DNA of 64,000 nucleotides. Origin: Candidatus Poribacteria bacterium (GTDB lineage: Bacteria; Poribacteria; WGA-4E; WGA-3G). Positions 11,401 through 20,510 of this stretch are shown piece after piece. The notes under the pieces were generated by a model. The model was not told where the DNA came from, did no database searches, and saw nothing but the letters and a program-made list of their open reading frames with translations. The position numbers and the translations under genes were made by a program. The stretch is taken from the NCBI GenBank assembly GCA_965215265.1, contig OZ244048.1, positions 3,232,001-3,296,000 of the forward strand, given 5' to 3'. Position 1 is the first letter of the stretch; every line of letters begins with the position of its first letter.

Positions 11401-11885
11401 CGAAGGAGCAACTCTTGGATGTAGAGTCCGGTCATGATTGTTTTGCCAGCGCCGGCATCGTCAGCCAAGAGGAAGCGTAGGGGTGCGTGTTTGAGAAGAT
11501 GCTGATAGACGGCGATGAATTGGTGCGGTAGCGGGTCGATGAGAGATGTCTCTGTAGCGAAGATCGGGTTGAATAGATAGGCGTGTTGAAGTCTTCTGGC
11601 TTCAGCGACAAGCGTCACCAGTTTTGGGTCAGTTTGGAAAGCGTTGGGTGCGACTTGAAAACGCGTCTGTAGTTCATCGGTGGAATAGGTATATGTCTCC
11701 TCCTCGTCTTCAAAAAGGAGTTCGACGAAGGAATCGTGGGGTACGAGTTTACGGATGACGCGGGTTTTGTGGTGATGTGTGTCGATGAGTGCGGTGCCGG
11801 AGCGAATAGCGTTGGCTTGGATGGTGTCAGTTGGGTACGCCTCATCTCTCTGTTCAGGGTTTGGATGTTCTGCGTTATTGTTCAT
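8412..11885 (-). CDS. SNF2-type helicase with a C-terminal DUF3883-like PD-(D/E)xK nuclease domain
   Basis: 'LLADDAGAGKT', 'FDEAH', 'TATPH', 'EGINLQ', 'WNPARLEQRMGRIHR'; C-terminal 'GFDLES..EVKGR..LTENEW'. Confidence 0.9.
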   Translation of the reverse strand: MNNNAEHPNPEQRDEAYPTDTIQANAIRSGTALIDTHHHKTRVIRKLVPHDSFVELLFEDEEETYTYSTDELQTRFQVAPNAFQTDPKLVTLVAEARRLQHAYLFNPIFATETSLIDPLPHQFIAVYQHLLKHAPLRFLLADDAGAGKTIMTGLYIQELLLRGQVERILVVPPAGLIGNWERELRLCFRLNFRILSSNDANRTNPFAEPKNRLAIISLDTLRQERMQKHLFNAPDYQLVVFDEAHKLSARYERDGTIHKSKRYLLAERIAAQRKHLLLLTATPHMGKEDAYYFLWRLLMPERLAAQKAFERLATDEKTKHLLRRMKEEMITFDGKPIYPPRHSRTITYPLKQGPVSEQALYDAVTTYCEQYFDLANQYNRNAAKMAMLVLQRRLASSTFALRQSIIRRTQKLHATLQNLRNGNLSTAQLETRQQTLSHTDVREEKTGDEEEFIDGTEESEHADRELERATTAQSTQQLETEIQHLQTIKALAENVYRLKSESKFEKLWEALSEYPDTKVLIFTEHRDTLEFVTHRLEALGFTGKVAQIHGGMNYTEREKQVERFRDTHDAQYLIATDAAGEGINLQFCWLMVNYDIPWNPARLEQRMGRIHRYKQTHTVVLLNLVAEDTREGRVLTVLLDKLQKMRDELDDDKVFDVIGQQFSQTSLSQLITKAITENQTDASIRAINEQFTAENFKTQLERQQKSVMPSDIKHLLADTQHQREAAETFRMLPAYARSFFEQAAQHLGAHIKGSTEHTFKLVNSPAPLQNAIDEYPPNLQHHLTFSRQLALPNTAEKPEAILLHPGEPIFDTVQTHFLQKFNAAAKHGAIFFDPHTEEPYLFYLAKVNIVQQTGETSQILDQTLLGIKQTADAKCSETPAHLLLTLIPPTAEQNTATLLTPELHSLAEQTQRVKDCIRENFGNPKLLQFRNQFQNGLKNRQEQLQVSFNLQRSELLKQRQTLKTDVNSGTPAAQTKLERCNRLLKTLPEEHEAAKARLTQEIETIRLEPVELYARAFVTPPPPDEPGLPTRTLPDTEAIAINTVINYERQRGATVQDVSAPHLKRGFDLESRHPNGEVRYIEVKGRATTGDIQLTENEWRQADNHPDRYWLYVVYHCDSNPQLHIHADPYNHLKAKCKATYIIKSADILNNTQNKKN

Positions 11886-12016
11886 AGATTTGTTCCTGTT
11901 TCAAGCATAAGGTTTTTGTCCGCTTCTGCAAATAAGATAATCTGTTTGCAATTAGAAGGCGGTGATTCGATGTCTCTGTTGAGAATACTTTTCCCGGTTT
12001 AAAATTCTCCACTAAT

Positions 12017-12045
12017 TTTATAGCAGCGATGTGGAATTTTGTCAA
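12017..12045 (-). promoter_or_regulatory. Putative sigma70 promoter of the defence operon
   Basis: Minus-strand TTGACA-17 nt-TATAAA upstream of the helicase gene. Confidence 0.5.
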
Positions 12046-12395
12046 GGCTTTTATGATAGCGGAGCCGGGCTGTTGTGTGGAGAGGGAGATGTGCGGTTTT
12101 TTATGGGTTAAGGAAAGTTTCTATTGTAAAGGGGAGGCACGTGTATAGAAATTTTTGAAAGGAAACCTATTATTATATAATAAGTATTTAGCTAAAAATC
12201 GTTAGCATTAAAGGTGTCGACAAGGAAACTGATTTGGAAGGTGGGATGGAACAAGAGAGACAGCATGTTTCTTTAGCGAGCTCAGAGTGATGTGAAAGAT
12301 TTGTGGGTATCCCAAAAATTTTGAATTGACATGAAAAGCTAAATCTGCTAAAAATAGATTTTATAGGGTTTATATCTTAAAGGTTATGAGGACTT

Positions 12396-13265
12396 ATGCT
12401 TGAACAGAAAGATTCATTGTCCGTAGCGGGTGGGACACAAGCGTTGCCAGCGATGGGTTTTACGGATATTCTGGATGGTACGTTCAGTCTGTATCGGAGC
12501 CATTTCGGTCTGTTTTTGAGGATAAACTCACTTTATTTCAGTCTCACGTCGTTTTGCCTGACTGTGCTATTAAGATTTTCGCCTGCAGTTTCGGATTTTG
12601 ATATGTTATTGTCCATAGTTATTCTTTTTTGCATGAGTCTAATACCAATTTTGGTTATGGGTAGCCTAGCTTTGGCTGGGGCCCACACCTATTTAGGGTG
12701 GCAGATTAGCCCGCGAAGTGTCTACCAGCAAGTTTTTAATAGGTTTTTTCCGTATCTCGGTAGCAGTCTGCTTTGGTATTTAACGACGGTAGTTTTGGCA
12801 GCAACGGTCATTGGTATTCCGTTTGCTATCTATTTTGGTGTTCGGTGGTCTCTCTACGGTTTGCCTGTGCTGTTTGAAGGCACCGGTGTCCGGCAGTCCT
12901 TAAAACGGAGTGGCCAATTAGTCAAAGGGATGTGGTGGCGTGTGTTTGGGATTTCGCTTGGTATTTTTTTACTCTTTTTCGTGATTCAAACTATACTTCA
13001 ATCTAATTTAGGATTTGCCTTAACATTAGTCGGTGTCAAGTCTGAGGGCGATGTGAGAGACACGCTGCTAAGAATAATACTTGGTCCTTATCGATCTGAT
13101 GAACCGTTCTTCTTTTATGTACAGATGTTTATCCACTTCATTGTGAGTTTGTTCACGCTTCCGCTTTTACCGATCTGCTCCACGCTTCTCTACTTTGATC
13201 TGCGTATCCGGAAGGAAGGTTTTGATATTGGCATGGTGGAGAACAGTCGTGAATTGGTTGATTAA
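12396..13265 (+). CDS. Integral membrane protein (glycerophosphoryl diester phosphodiesterase membrane-domain-like), copy 1
   Basis: Multiple TM helices; 'MGFTDILDGTFSLYR', 'LKRSGQLVKG.WWRVFG', 'LLYFDLRIRKEGFDI'; this family is usually found in MoxR/DUF4129/DUF4350 clusters. Confidence 0.85.
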   Translation: MLEQKDSLSVAGGTQALPAMGFTDILDGTFSLYRSHFGLFLRINSLYFSLTSFCLTVLLRFSPAVSDFDMLLSIVILFCMSLIPILVMGSLALAGAHTYLGWQISPRSVYQQVFNRFFPYLGSSLLWYLTTVVLAATVIGIPFAIYFGVRWSLYGLPVLFEGTGVRQSLKRSGQLVKGMWWRVFGISLGIFLLFFVIQTILQSNLGFALTLVGVKSEGDVRDTLLRIILGPYRSDEPFFFYVQMFIHFIVSLFTLPLLPICSTLLYFDLRIRKEGFDIGMVENSRELVD

Positions 13266-13271
13266 GTCTGT

Positions 13272-13392
13272 CCATATAGGCAAGGTAGACGGGTGTTTTC
13301 TGTTCGGTATACGGTTTATTTTCGTGTTGGTGCTGTGTTCGGTTCTGCTCGTGCTTGGTTTCGTTGGCTTGGGTGCGGTAGTTATATTTTTG
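13272..13392 (+). pseudogene. Degenerate remnant of the duplicated DUF4129 gene 5' end
   Basis: Aligns to 14350-14427 and 14581-14624. ATG is changed to ATA and the 153 bp corresponding to 14428-14580 are missing. Confidence 0.75.
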
Positions 13393-13464
13393 AATTGACA
13401 TGAAAAGCTAAATCTGCTAAAAATAGATTTTATAGGGTTTATATCTTAAAGGTTGGGAGGACTT

Positions 13465-14343
13465 ATGCTTGAACAGAAAGATTCATTGTCCGTAGCGGAT
13501 GGGACACAAGCGTTGCCAGCGATGGGTTTTACGGATATTCTGGATGGTACGTTCAGTCTGTATCGGAGCCATTTCGGTCTATTTTTGAGGATAAACGCGG
13601 TTTATTTCGTTTTGGTGTTTTGCCTGAATCTGCTATCAAAATTTTCGACCGGATTTTCGGATGCGGCGGATGGGATTGTGTTATCGCCCATAGTTATTCT
13701 TTTTTTCATCAGTCTAGTAGCCATGTTGTTTACGGGTGGCATATTTTTGGCGGGTGCCCACACGTATTTAGGGCAGCAGATTAGCGCGGGGAGCGCCTAC
13801 CAGCAAGTTTTTAATCGGTTTTTGCCCTATCTGGGCAGCAATTTACTTTACCTATTAACGACGGGAGTTTTGGCAGTCACTGTGATTGGTATTCCGTTTG
13901 CTATCTATTTTGGTGTTCGGTGGTCTCTCTACGGTTTGCCTGTGCTGTTTGAAGGCACCGGTGTCCGGCAGTCCTTAAAACGGAGTGGCCAATTAGTCAA
14001 AGGGACGTGGTGGCGTGTGTTTGGGATTTCGCTTGGTATTTTTTTACTCTTTTTCATGATTCAAACTATACTTAAATCTACTTTAGGATTTGCGCTAACC
14101 TTAGTTGGGATTACGTCTGAGGGCGATGTGAGAGATACGCTGCTAAGAATAATACTTGGTCCTTATCGACTTGATGAACCGTTCTTCTCTTATACGATGC
14201 AGATGCTTGTCCACCTCGGTGTGAGTACGTTCACGCTCCCCATTTTATCGATCGGCTCCACGCTTCTCTACTTTGATCTGCGTATCCGGAAGGAAGGTTT
14301 TGATATTGGCATGGTGGAGAACAGTCGTGAATTGGCTAGCTAG
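13465..14343 (+). CDS. Integral membrane protein, copy 2 (paralog of 12396..13265)
   Basis: GGAGG RBS before ATG 13465; same motifs as copy 1. Confidence 0.87.
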   Translation: MLEQKDSLSVADGTQALPAMGFTDILDGTFSLYRSHFGLFLRINAVYFVLVFCLNLLSKFSTGFSDAADGIVLSPIVILFFISLVAMLFTGGIFLAGAHTYLGQQISAGSAYQQVFNRFLPYLGSNLLYLLTTGVLAVTVIGIPFAIYFGVRWSLYGLPVLFEGTGVRQSLKRSGQLVKGTWWRVFGISLGIFLLFFMIQTILKSTLGFALTLVGITSEGDVRDTLLRIILGPYRLDEPFFSYTMQMLVHLGVSTFTLPILSIGSTLLYFDLRIRKEGFDIGMVENSRELAS

Positions 14344-14353
14344 GGGTGTCCGC

Positions 14354-15013
14354 ATGCGCAAGATAGACGGGCGTTGGCTGTCCGCTATAGGGTTTATTTT
14401 TGTGTTGGTGCTGTTTCCGGTTTTGCTGGCGATGGAGACAACAGAAGAGCGTTTGAGAGAGGAGTTCGCTTCGGATGCGGCGGGGACAACGGTTTCATTT
14501 GAGAAATATCAATCAACTTTATCGAAGCTTTTGTCGGACGATGGTACAAGCTGGCATATAGGATTGCGTGATATTCTGTTCGTGTTTGGCTTCGTTGGGT
14601 TGGGGGCGGTGGTTATATTTTTTGTACGTCGGATTCGAGGAAATTTGATTGTTGAAGCATCAGATGAAGTGGTTTCTGCGTCAGTTGAAACGGTAGGAAC
14701 AGAAAAAGTCGCGCTCACGCATGCGGATGAGGCGTTGGCATCGTCTAACTTTCGGCATGCGCTGCGCTTCCTGTATCTCTCTGTCATTTTGCATCTACAA
14801 GAGCGAGGCGTTCTGAGTTATGATAAGAGTTTGACGAACCGTGAGTATCTACGTGCGTTGCAAACAGATCCAGAATTAGAAAGCACGTTGCACGCCTTGC
14901 GACCTGTGATTAGGATTTTTGATGAGGTGTGGTATGGACACAAACCGTGCGATGAAAAGACGGTCACAAATTACCGTGAGCTGTTGCAAGCCGTCTATCT
15001 AACTCGCGAATAA
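14354..15013 (+). CDS. DUF4129 domain membrane protein
   Basis: 'FRHALRFLYLS..L...G.L.YDKSLTNREYL', 'FDEVWYG'; start placed at ATG 14354. Confidence 0.85.
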   Translation: MRKIDGRWLSAIGFIFVLVLFPVLLAMETTEERLREEFASDAAGTTVSFEKYQSTLSKLLSDDGTSWHIGLRDILFVFGFVGLGAVVIFFVRRIRGNLIVEASDEVVSASVETVGTEKVALTHADEALASSNFRHALRFLYLSVILHLQERGVLSYDKSLTNREYLRALQTDPELESTLHALRPVIRIFDEVWYGHKPCDEKTVTNYRELLQAVYLTRE

Positions 15014-15070
15014 GAGCAGACACGCAGTGACTGGTATAAAATTGAGTGTGGGTAGAGAGCGGGGTGAGTT

Positions 15071-16240
15071 TTGATGTCAAGGCGAACTTACAGAGTCCTT
15101 CTACAAAAACTTTTGATAGGCTGCGTTTGTTTCATACTGGGATGCGATGGTTTGGATAGAGGGAGTACGCTGCACAATATTTTGCATGCCTTGAAATTTC
15201 GCGTCACAAAAATATCTGCGTTGTCGCCTGTGCAGTTGGATAGGTTGGATGTCCTATTCCTGAGAGAGCTTTCCAAGGCTCTGACTGACGAGGAAATTGA
15301 GGAGATACGCGATTTTGTGAGGGATGGGGGGATTCTGGTAGCAGCGGGAGACAGTGAAAAGTTTGATTCGCTCCTATCAGCATACAGGTTAAGAGGGCGA
15401 AAATTAGAAACGGTGTTGTCCAATTCACAACGGCTTCTAAAGTCTCCGCTCTTTCCAACGCGTCCAGTGCCAGAAATTCGCTCACGTACTGATTTTTTGA
15501 TTGAGCTTGCAGATGAGCCCGTGCCGGACGGTGAGGTAATTCCACTCTACGGGTTTGTGAGAGACGGTAGTGGTTTAGATTCGATTGTAGAGTTCTCAAT
15601 TGTGGGCTACTTTGAAGGTAAGGGGCGTGCGTTTTTCATCTCGTGTCCGTATATTTTCAGACGTTCTGGATTAAAATATGAGGAGAACGCGACGTTTCTT
15701 TACAATCTAATGTCTACGCTGCCGCGTAAAGCGCGGATTGGGCTGGCTGAGGTCCGTTACTATAGTTCGAGTTCAACGAGTACGACGGATCCGTTGATGT
15801 TTCTGTTGTTCAGAACGCCGGGTGGCTGGGCAGCGGTTTATATCGGGCTGACGCTTTTTATGTTTCTCATCCTGCGTGGGCAGCGATTTGGCAGGCCTTT
15901 GGAGCCGCAAGCGCGTCCCCGGCGTCTCAGTTCGGAGTATGTGCTGGCTATGACAACCCTCTACCAAAAAGCAGACACGCGGCTGGAGCTCTTGGAACAA
16001 ATCGGCAGCAGGTTCCGATTTGACCTGGGTGTGCATTGGGGTGTTGACGTGAATTTAGAGACTTCTGCGTTTGTTGAGGAAATTGCACGGGGCGCTGCGT
16101 CGGATGCAGATGAGCTCAAAGCGCTATTGAGCGTGTTAGACTCGAGGCGGAAGATATCGGAGGCGCAGCTGCTAGAAATTGCTAATCGGGTTGATGCCTA
16201 TTATGAAAGGACAAAAATGAGGCGGACGCGCCGCAGTTAG
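15071..16240 (+). CDS. DUF4350-like membrane-anchored protein
   Basis: 'FVRDGGILV', 'GKGRAF..S.P.IF', C-terminal TM followed by 'RFGRP...[12 protein letters not shown]'; lies upstream of MoxR. Confidence 0.75.
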   Translation: MMSRRTYRVLLQKLLIGCVCFILGCDGLDRGSTLHNILHALKFRVTKISALSPVQLDRLDVLFLRELSKALTDEEIEEIRDFVRDGGILVAAGDSEKFDSLLSAYRLRGRKLETVLSNSQRLLKSPLFPTRPVPEIRSRTDFLIELADEPVPDGEVIPLYGFVRDGSGLDSIVEFSIVGYFEGKGRAFFISCPYIFRRSGLKYEENATFLYNLMSTLPRKARIGLAEVRYYSSSSTSTTDPLMFLLFRTPGGWAAVYIGLTLFMFLILRGQRFGRPLEPQARPRRLSSEYVLAMTTLYQKADTRLELLEQIGSRFRFDLGVHWGVDVNLETSAFVEEIARGAASDADELKALLSVLDSRRKISEAQLLEIANRVDAYYERTKMRRTRRS

Positions 16241-16251
16241 AAAAGACAAAA

Positions 16252-17205
16252 ATGGAAAATATCGTTTACACCGTTTTTGAAAAGATGAAAGCGGAGGCTC
16301 AAAAGGTTATCATTGGGCAGGAAGAGTTGTTTAAATTGGTCGTAGTCGGTTTTTTCTCGGGTGGGCATATACTGCTGGAAGGGGTGCCGGGTACAGCGAA
16401 AACGTTGATCTCCAAGACGTTAGCGATGTTAATCTCGGGTGAATTCAGTCGCGTGCAATTCACGCCGGACTTGATGCCGTCAGATATTGTGGGTACAAGT
16501 GTTTATGATTTGTCAATGAACGCCTTTAATCTGAAACGCGGTCCTGTGTTTACGAATGTTCTCTTGGCGGATGAAATTAACCGTGCACCGGCTAAGACAC
16601 AATCGGCACTTTTGGAATGTATGGAAGAGAGGCAGGTGAGCATTGACGGTGTCTGCCATGAGCTCCCTCCGCCCTTTATGGTTTTAGCGACGCAAAATCC
16701 TATAGAGTATGAAGGCACGTATCCGCTACCTGAGGCGCAATTGGATCGGTTCCTTTTCAAGTTGAGGGTTGAATACCCTGGGCGAGACAGTGAACGTCAG
16801 CTTCTGATAAACTATCATAAAGGCTTTAGTGCTTTTCATCTGGGTGAGGCAGGGGTTGAAAGTGTTATCGACACGGAGTTACTAGAACGTTGCCAAAAAG
16901 CGATTCAAGAGGTGATGGTTGAGGATTCTATTTTCAACTATATTATCAGTCTTGCCGAAGCGTCGCGTGATTCGCCGGATCTGATTTTGGGTGCGAGTCC
17001 GCGTGCCTCAATTGCGTTGTTATTGGCGAGCAAAACGTACGCGGCGTTGGAAGGCAGGAATTACATCTTACCGGATGATGTTAAGGTTTTAGCCCCGCAT
17101 GTCTATCGTCACCGCATTCTGCTCAAACCGGAAACAGAAATTGAGGGCTTATCCCCGGAGAACGTGATTGATAGATTGCTGACTGCATCCGAGGTACCGC
17201 GTTAA
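16252..17205 (+). CDS. moxR: MoxR-family AAA+ ATPase
   Basis: '[13 protein letters not shown]', '[11 protein letters not shown]', '[19 protein letters not shown]', '[14 protein letters not shown]', 'GASPRA'. Confidence 0.95.
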   Translation: MENIVYTVFEKMKAEAQKVIIGQEELFKLVVVGFFSGGHILLEGVPGTAKTLISKTLAMLISGEFSRVQFTPDLMPSDIVGTSVYDLSMNAFNLKRGPVFTNVLLADEINRAPAKTQSALLECMEERQVSIDGVCHELPPPFMVLATQNPIEYEGTYPLPEAQLDRFLFKLRVEYPGRDSERQLLINYHKGFSAFHLGEAGVESVIDTELLERCQKAIQEVMVEDSIFNYIISLAEASRDSPDLILGASPRASIALLLASKTYAALEGRNYILPDDVKVLAPHVYRHRILLKPETEIEGLSPENVIDRLLTASEVPR

Positions 17206-17209
17206 GAGT

Positions 17210-18604
17210 ATGCAATTGAGTAACCGGCTGTTGTATCTGCTATTCCCTGGGGCGATACCGATTGCCCTTTACAACGTTTCACCAAATTTGTTGTTCGTTG
17301 GTGGTGGCTATCTGTTCCTGTTGTTTATCGTCAGTGCGGTAGACTATCTGACCAATCCACTTTTCACAGAGGTTGAAGTGCGTCGGAAAATGAACACTAA
17401 GTTTTCATTGGGAGCAGAGAACTTGGTGACACTGAATATTGTGAATCGTTCTCGTTATCCGTTAAAGTTACAGGTTAAAGATGATTTTCCGCCAGCCTTT
17501 CGGTTTCAGTTTGCGATGCATGATGTGCAGGTAGCGCCTGCTGCGAGTGAGGTAATTAGATACGTGCTCATGCCGTTGCGTAGAGGTGTGTATGCGTTTG
17601 AAGATATTCATCTTCGATGCTACGGAATTTTGGGGTTAGTTATCCGGCAGCGGTGCATCGCGGCGGCAGCGGAGGTCAAGGTTTACCCGAACCTGCAAGC
17701 GGTGGGCCAATATGAGCTGTTAGCACGGAGGGGCCTGCTGGGCCAATTGGGGTTAAAAAATTCACGGCAATTTGGGGTGGGGACGGAAATTGAGCGGCTC
17801 CGTGAATACGCGCCGGACGATGATTTCCGTCGTATTGATTGGAAGGCGACAGCACGGCATAGAAAACCCATCGTCAGGGAGTTTGAAACGGAGCGGAGCC
17901 AAGATGTTATCTTCATGTTAGACATTGGTAGATTAATGGCATCGCCTATTCCGATAAGCAGTGCTGGTGCGTTTTCCGAAACCGGGTTCCTTGATTCAAA
18001 TGGAGGTGCTGGGCTTTCAGCGGAAAATGCGCAGCAAGCGATGATTAAACTAGATTTCGCGATTAATACCATCTTAATGACAAGTTATGTCTCAACGCTC
18101 AAGGGCGATAAGATAGGGTTAATTGCCTTTGCTGATGCCGTTCAGCACTATCTCGCACCTAAGGGGGGAAAGGCACAGTTTCTGACGATCTTAGAGACTA
18201 TCTATGCGTTACAGGTTCATCCAGTAGAGCCTGATTTTCAAGATGCGTTTCAGTACTTAGCTGCGAAGCAGCGAAAGCGGGCGTTAATTTTACTTTTTAC
18301 GGATATCTTGGATAAAGATGCGGCAGAGGGGCTGTCACGCTATGTCGGGCAGCTCTCAAAGCATCATCTTGTTGGCTGTGTGACGTTGACAGACTCAACG
18401 ATTGTGGCGCTCGCGGAGCAGAAGTTAACGGATTCCAAAACGGTTTATCAGAAAGCGATTGCTGAGAAATTGCTTCAGGAAAAACATGCGACTTTGGAAA
18501 TCCTTCGGAGGCGAGGCGTTATTACACTTGATGTGCCTGCCCATCAGTTAACGATGACAGTTGTGAATAAGTACCTGGAACTTAAAGCGAAATCCAGTAT
18601 TTAG
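17210..18604 (+). CDS. DUF58 / vWA-domain MoxR partner protein
   Basis: 'LREYAPDDDFRRIDWKATAR', 'VREFETER', 'LDIGRLM'. Confidence 0.92.
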   Translation: MQLSNRLLYLLFPGAIPIALYNVSPNLLFVGGGYLFLLFIVSAVDYLTNPLFTEVEVRRKMNTKFSLGAENLVTLNIVNRSRYPLKLQVKDDFPPAFRFQFAMHDVQVAPAASEVIRYVLMPLRRGVYAFEDIHLRCYGILGLVIRQRCIAAAAEVKVYPNLQAVGQYELLARRGLLGQLGLKNSRQFGVGTEIERLREYAPDDDFRRIDWKATARHRKPIVREFETERSQDVIFMLDIGRLMASPIPISSAGAFSETGFLDSNGGAGLSAENAQQAMIKLDFAINTILMTSYVSTLKGDKIGLIAFADAVQHYLAPKGGKAQFLTILETIYALQVHPVEPDFQDAFQYLAAKQRKRALILLFTDILDKDAAEGLSRYVGQLSKHHLVGCVTLTDSTIVALAEQKLTDSKTVYQKAIAEKLLQEKHATLEILRRRGVITLDVPAHQLTMTVVNKYLELKAKSSI

Positions 18605-18643
18605 TTTGGTGGCGCTGCTGTGCTAAATATGACTGCAATTTTG

Positions 18644-19591
18644 TCATTTGTTATAAAAAAGATAACCGAACAAGAGAACACCGGTTATCACTCCGATTGT
18701 GATTTTAAGATAAGGCGACAGTCCGGAAGGTGAGATAAAACCTTCAATAATTCCTGCGATGAGGAAGAGTGCGATACATCCGCCGAGGAGGTGGACGGCG
18801 GTTTGTGCGGCATTGACGAGTGCGCGTTTGCGAGTGAGCAAGCCGGGCGCTATCAGTGCGTAGCCCATTTTTAGTCCGGCACCGCCTGCGATAAAAATCG
18901 CTGTCAATTCAATATAGCCGTGTGGGGAAACGAATGACCAGAGCGCGAGCGAGAATCCATGCACATGGCAAAGTCCTGCAACTGCGCCGATTGATACCCC
19001 GTTAAGGGCTAATACATAAACGGTGCCTATCATGAAGATAATGCCGGCGGCAAATGCCAGAAATGCCACTCGTATATTGTTGGTAATCACGAAAGAAGCA
19101 AATAGATTTCTCGCTTCTGCCGATGTATTGTTCCACGTCGCCTTGTCTGAGTCGTAAAGTTTATCGAGGAGGCTGGATGGAACGATATTTTCCGCAAAAT
19201 CTGGGTTGACTACAGCGAGGCAATAGGATGCTGCGAATCCGATGATGAACAGTGCAAATGCTGTGGCAATAAAGGTGAGATTGCTGCGGAAGAGTGCGGG
19301 AAAACCGGACTGAAGGAATTGGCGTAACGTGCCGCGTTTGAAAGGCGAAGTCTGGTAAATCCCAGTGTGTGCCTGGGATGCAAGTTGGTTGAGATATCTG
19401 GTGCAAGCGGTCTGCGGGAAATCGCGTCTCGCCATGGCTAAGTCTGAGGTAACACGTCGATACAGATAGCCTAAACGATTCAATTGGGCTGTGGACAAGT
19501 TGGCGCGCTGCGCGCTGCGCGTCCGCTTTAGCAATTCTTCCAATTCTGTCCAGATTGGCTGTTTTTTATGTACAAATTGTTCTAAAGTCAT
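18644..19591 (-). CDS. Stage II sporulation protein M (DUF95) family membrane protein
   Basis: 'LYRRVTSDLA', 'YLNQL', 'TNNIRVAF', 'PHGYIELTAI', 'AGIIEGFISP'. Confidence 0.9.
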   Translation of the reverse strand: MTLEQFVHKKQPIWTELEELLKRTRSAQRANLSTAQLNRLGYLYRRVTSDLAMARRDFPQTACTRYLNQLASQAHTGIYQTSPFKRGTLRQFLQSGFPALFRSNLTFIATAFALFIIGFAASYCLAVVNPDFAENIVPSSLLDKLYDSDKATWNNTSAEARNLFASFVITNNIRVAFLAFAAGIIFMIGTVYVLALNGVSIGAVAGLCHVHGFSLALWSFVSPHGYIELTAIFIAGGAGLKMGYALIAPGLLTRKRALVNAAQTAVHLLGGCIALFLIAGIIEGFISPSGLSPYLKITIGVITGVLLFGYLFYNK

Positions 19592-19670
19592 AATAACTCC
19601 GTTTTACAGACAGTTCTCTAATCGTGAATTGGCACTGACGTGCTCACCTCGTTGAAGGGCCCTCTCAAAA

Positions 19671-20174
19671 ATGAACGAACATTTATCTATTGAAACTCCT
19701 GAACAGATTGAACTCAGATATAATCTTGCGGGCATCGGTTCGCGTTTTTATGCAGCGTTGCTGGATACATCTCTGCTTTTGGTAATTATCTTTTTAGGGT
19801 TCTTTGTTACTTACTATACCCAATTCGAATTAGTGAGCCTTCTCGGGAACTGGCTTGCGGCGATAAGCGGGCTGGTTGTCTTCGCGCTGTTCTGGGGTTA
19901 CTATATGATTTTTGAAATTACGATGAATGGACAGTCACCGGGCAAACGTGCGTTGGGCTTACGCGTTATCAAAGAAGGTGGTTACCCTATCAGTTTCGCG
20001 GATTCTGCCATTCGGAATTTAGTTCGGATAATTGACTTTCTCCCGATCGGTTACGGGGTTGGGCTTCTCTCTATGCTGATGAATAAGAATTGGCGGCGAT
20101 TAGGTGACTTAGCCGCAGGGACCTTGGTTATTAAAGAGAGCACAAAGTCTAAAAAGCCGAGAACTTTCCGTTAA
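19671..20174 (+). CDS. RDD family protein
   Basis: 'IETPEQI..AGIGSRFYAALLD', 'GQSPGKRALGLRV', 'RRLGDLAAGTLVI'. Confidence 0.92.
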   Translation: MNEHLSIETPEQIELRYNLAGIGSRFYAALLDTSLLLVIIFLGFFVTYYTQFELVSLLGNWLAAISGLVVFALFWGYYMIFEITMNGQSPGKRALGLRVIKEGGYPISFADSAIRNLVRIIDFLPIGYGVGLLSMLMNKNWRRLGDLAAGTLVIKESTKSKKPRTFR

Positions 20175-20256
20175 CTCTACATGCAGATAGCAAAAAAGTC
20201 AACGTTAAAATTTATTTTGCTATTTTTGAGTGTATCTGGTATGGTATATTTTTATA

Positions 20257-20286
20257 TTGACAATCTCATCCTCAATTCCTTACAAT
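20257..20286 (+). promoter_or_regulatory. Putative sigma70 promoter of the corrinoid operon
   Basis: TTGACA-18 nt-TACAAT. Confidence 0.5.
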
Positions 20287-20510
20287 GTAACCTAAGTTGG
20301 CGAATGTAAGGGTATAAGAGATTTGCCAATCTCGGAAGGCAAACGGAGTTTGTGGCGAAAATTGTACGTTTGTGGCCGTGAAGAATTTTTGAGATGTAGA
20401 GAAATGGCGAGAGAGGCTTATGCAAATTCTAGACTGCATTTACAATGCAAAAAAGCGTGTTTTTTATTACTTCAAAACCTTTAAGATTTTAGGCAAGGAC
20501 AAGTTAACCT

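Larger units (their letters stand above)
12319..14624 (+). repeat. Tandem duplication of about 1.07 kb (promoter + membrane protein gene + start of the DUF4129 gene)
   Basis: Identical 'ttttgaattgacatgaaaagctaaatctgctaaaaatagattttatagggtttatatcttaaaggtt' at 12319 and 13388, plus long identical coding blocks in the two genes. Confidence 0.95.

Noticed and set aside
2213-11845. Many 60-230 aa ORFs overlapping the defence genes on either strand
   Set aside because: Shadow frames of long, motif-bearing genes; no recognisable domains.
20290-20510. Possible cobalamin riboswitch upstream of the corrinoid operon
   Set aside because: No B12-box or other conserved riboswitch motif could be recognised.
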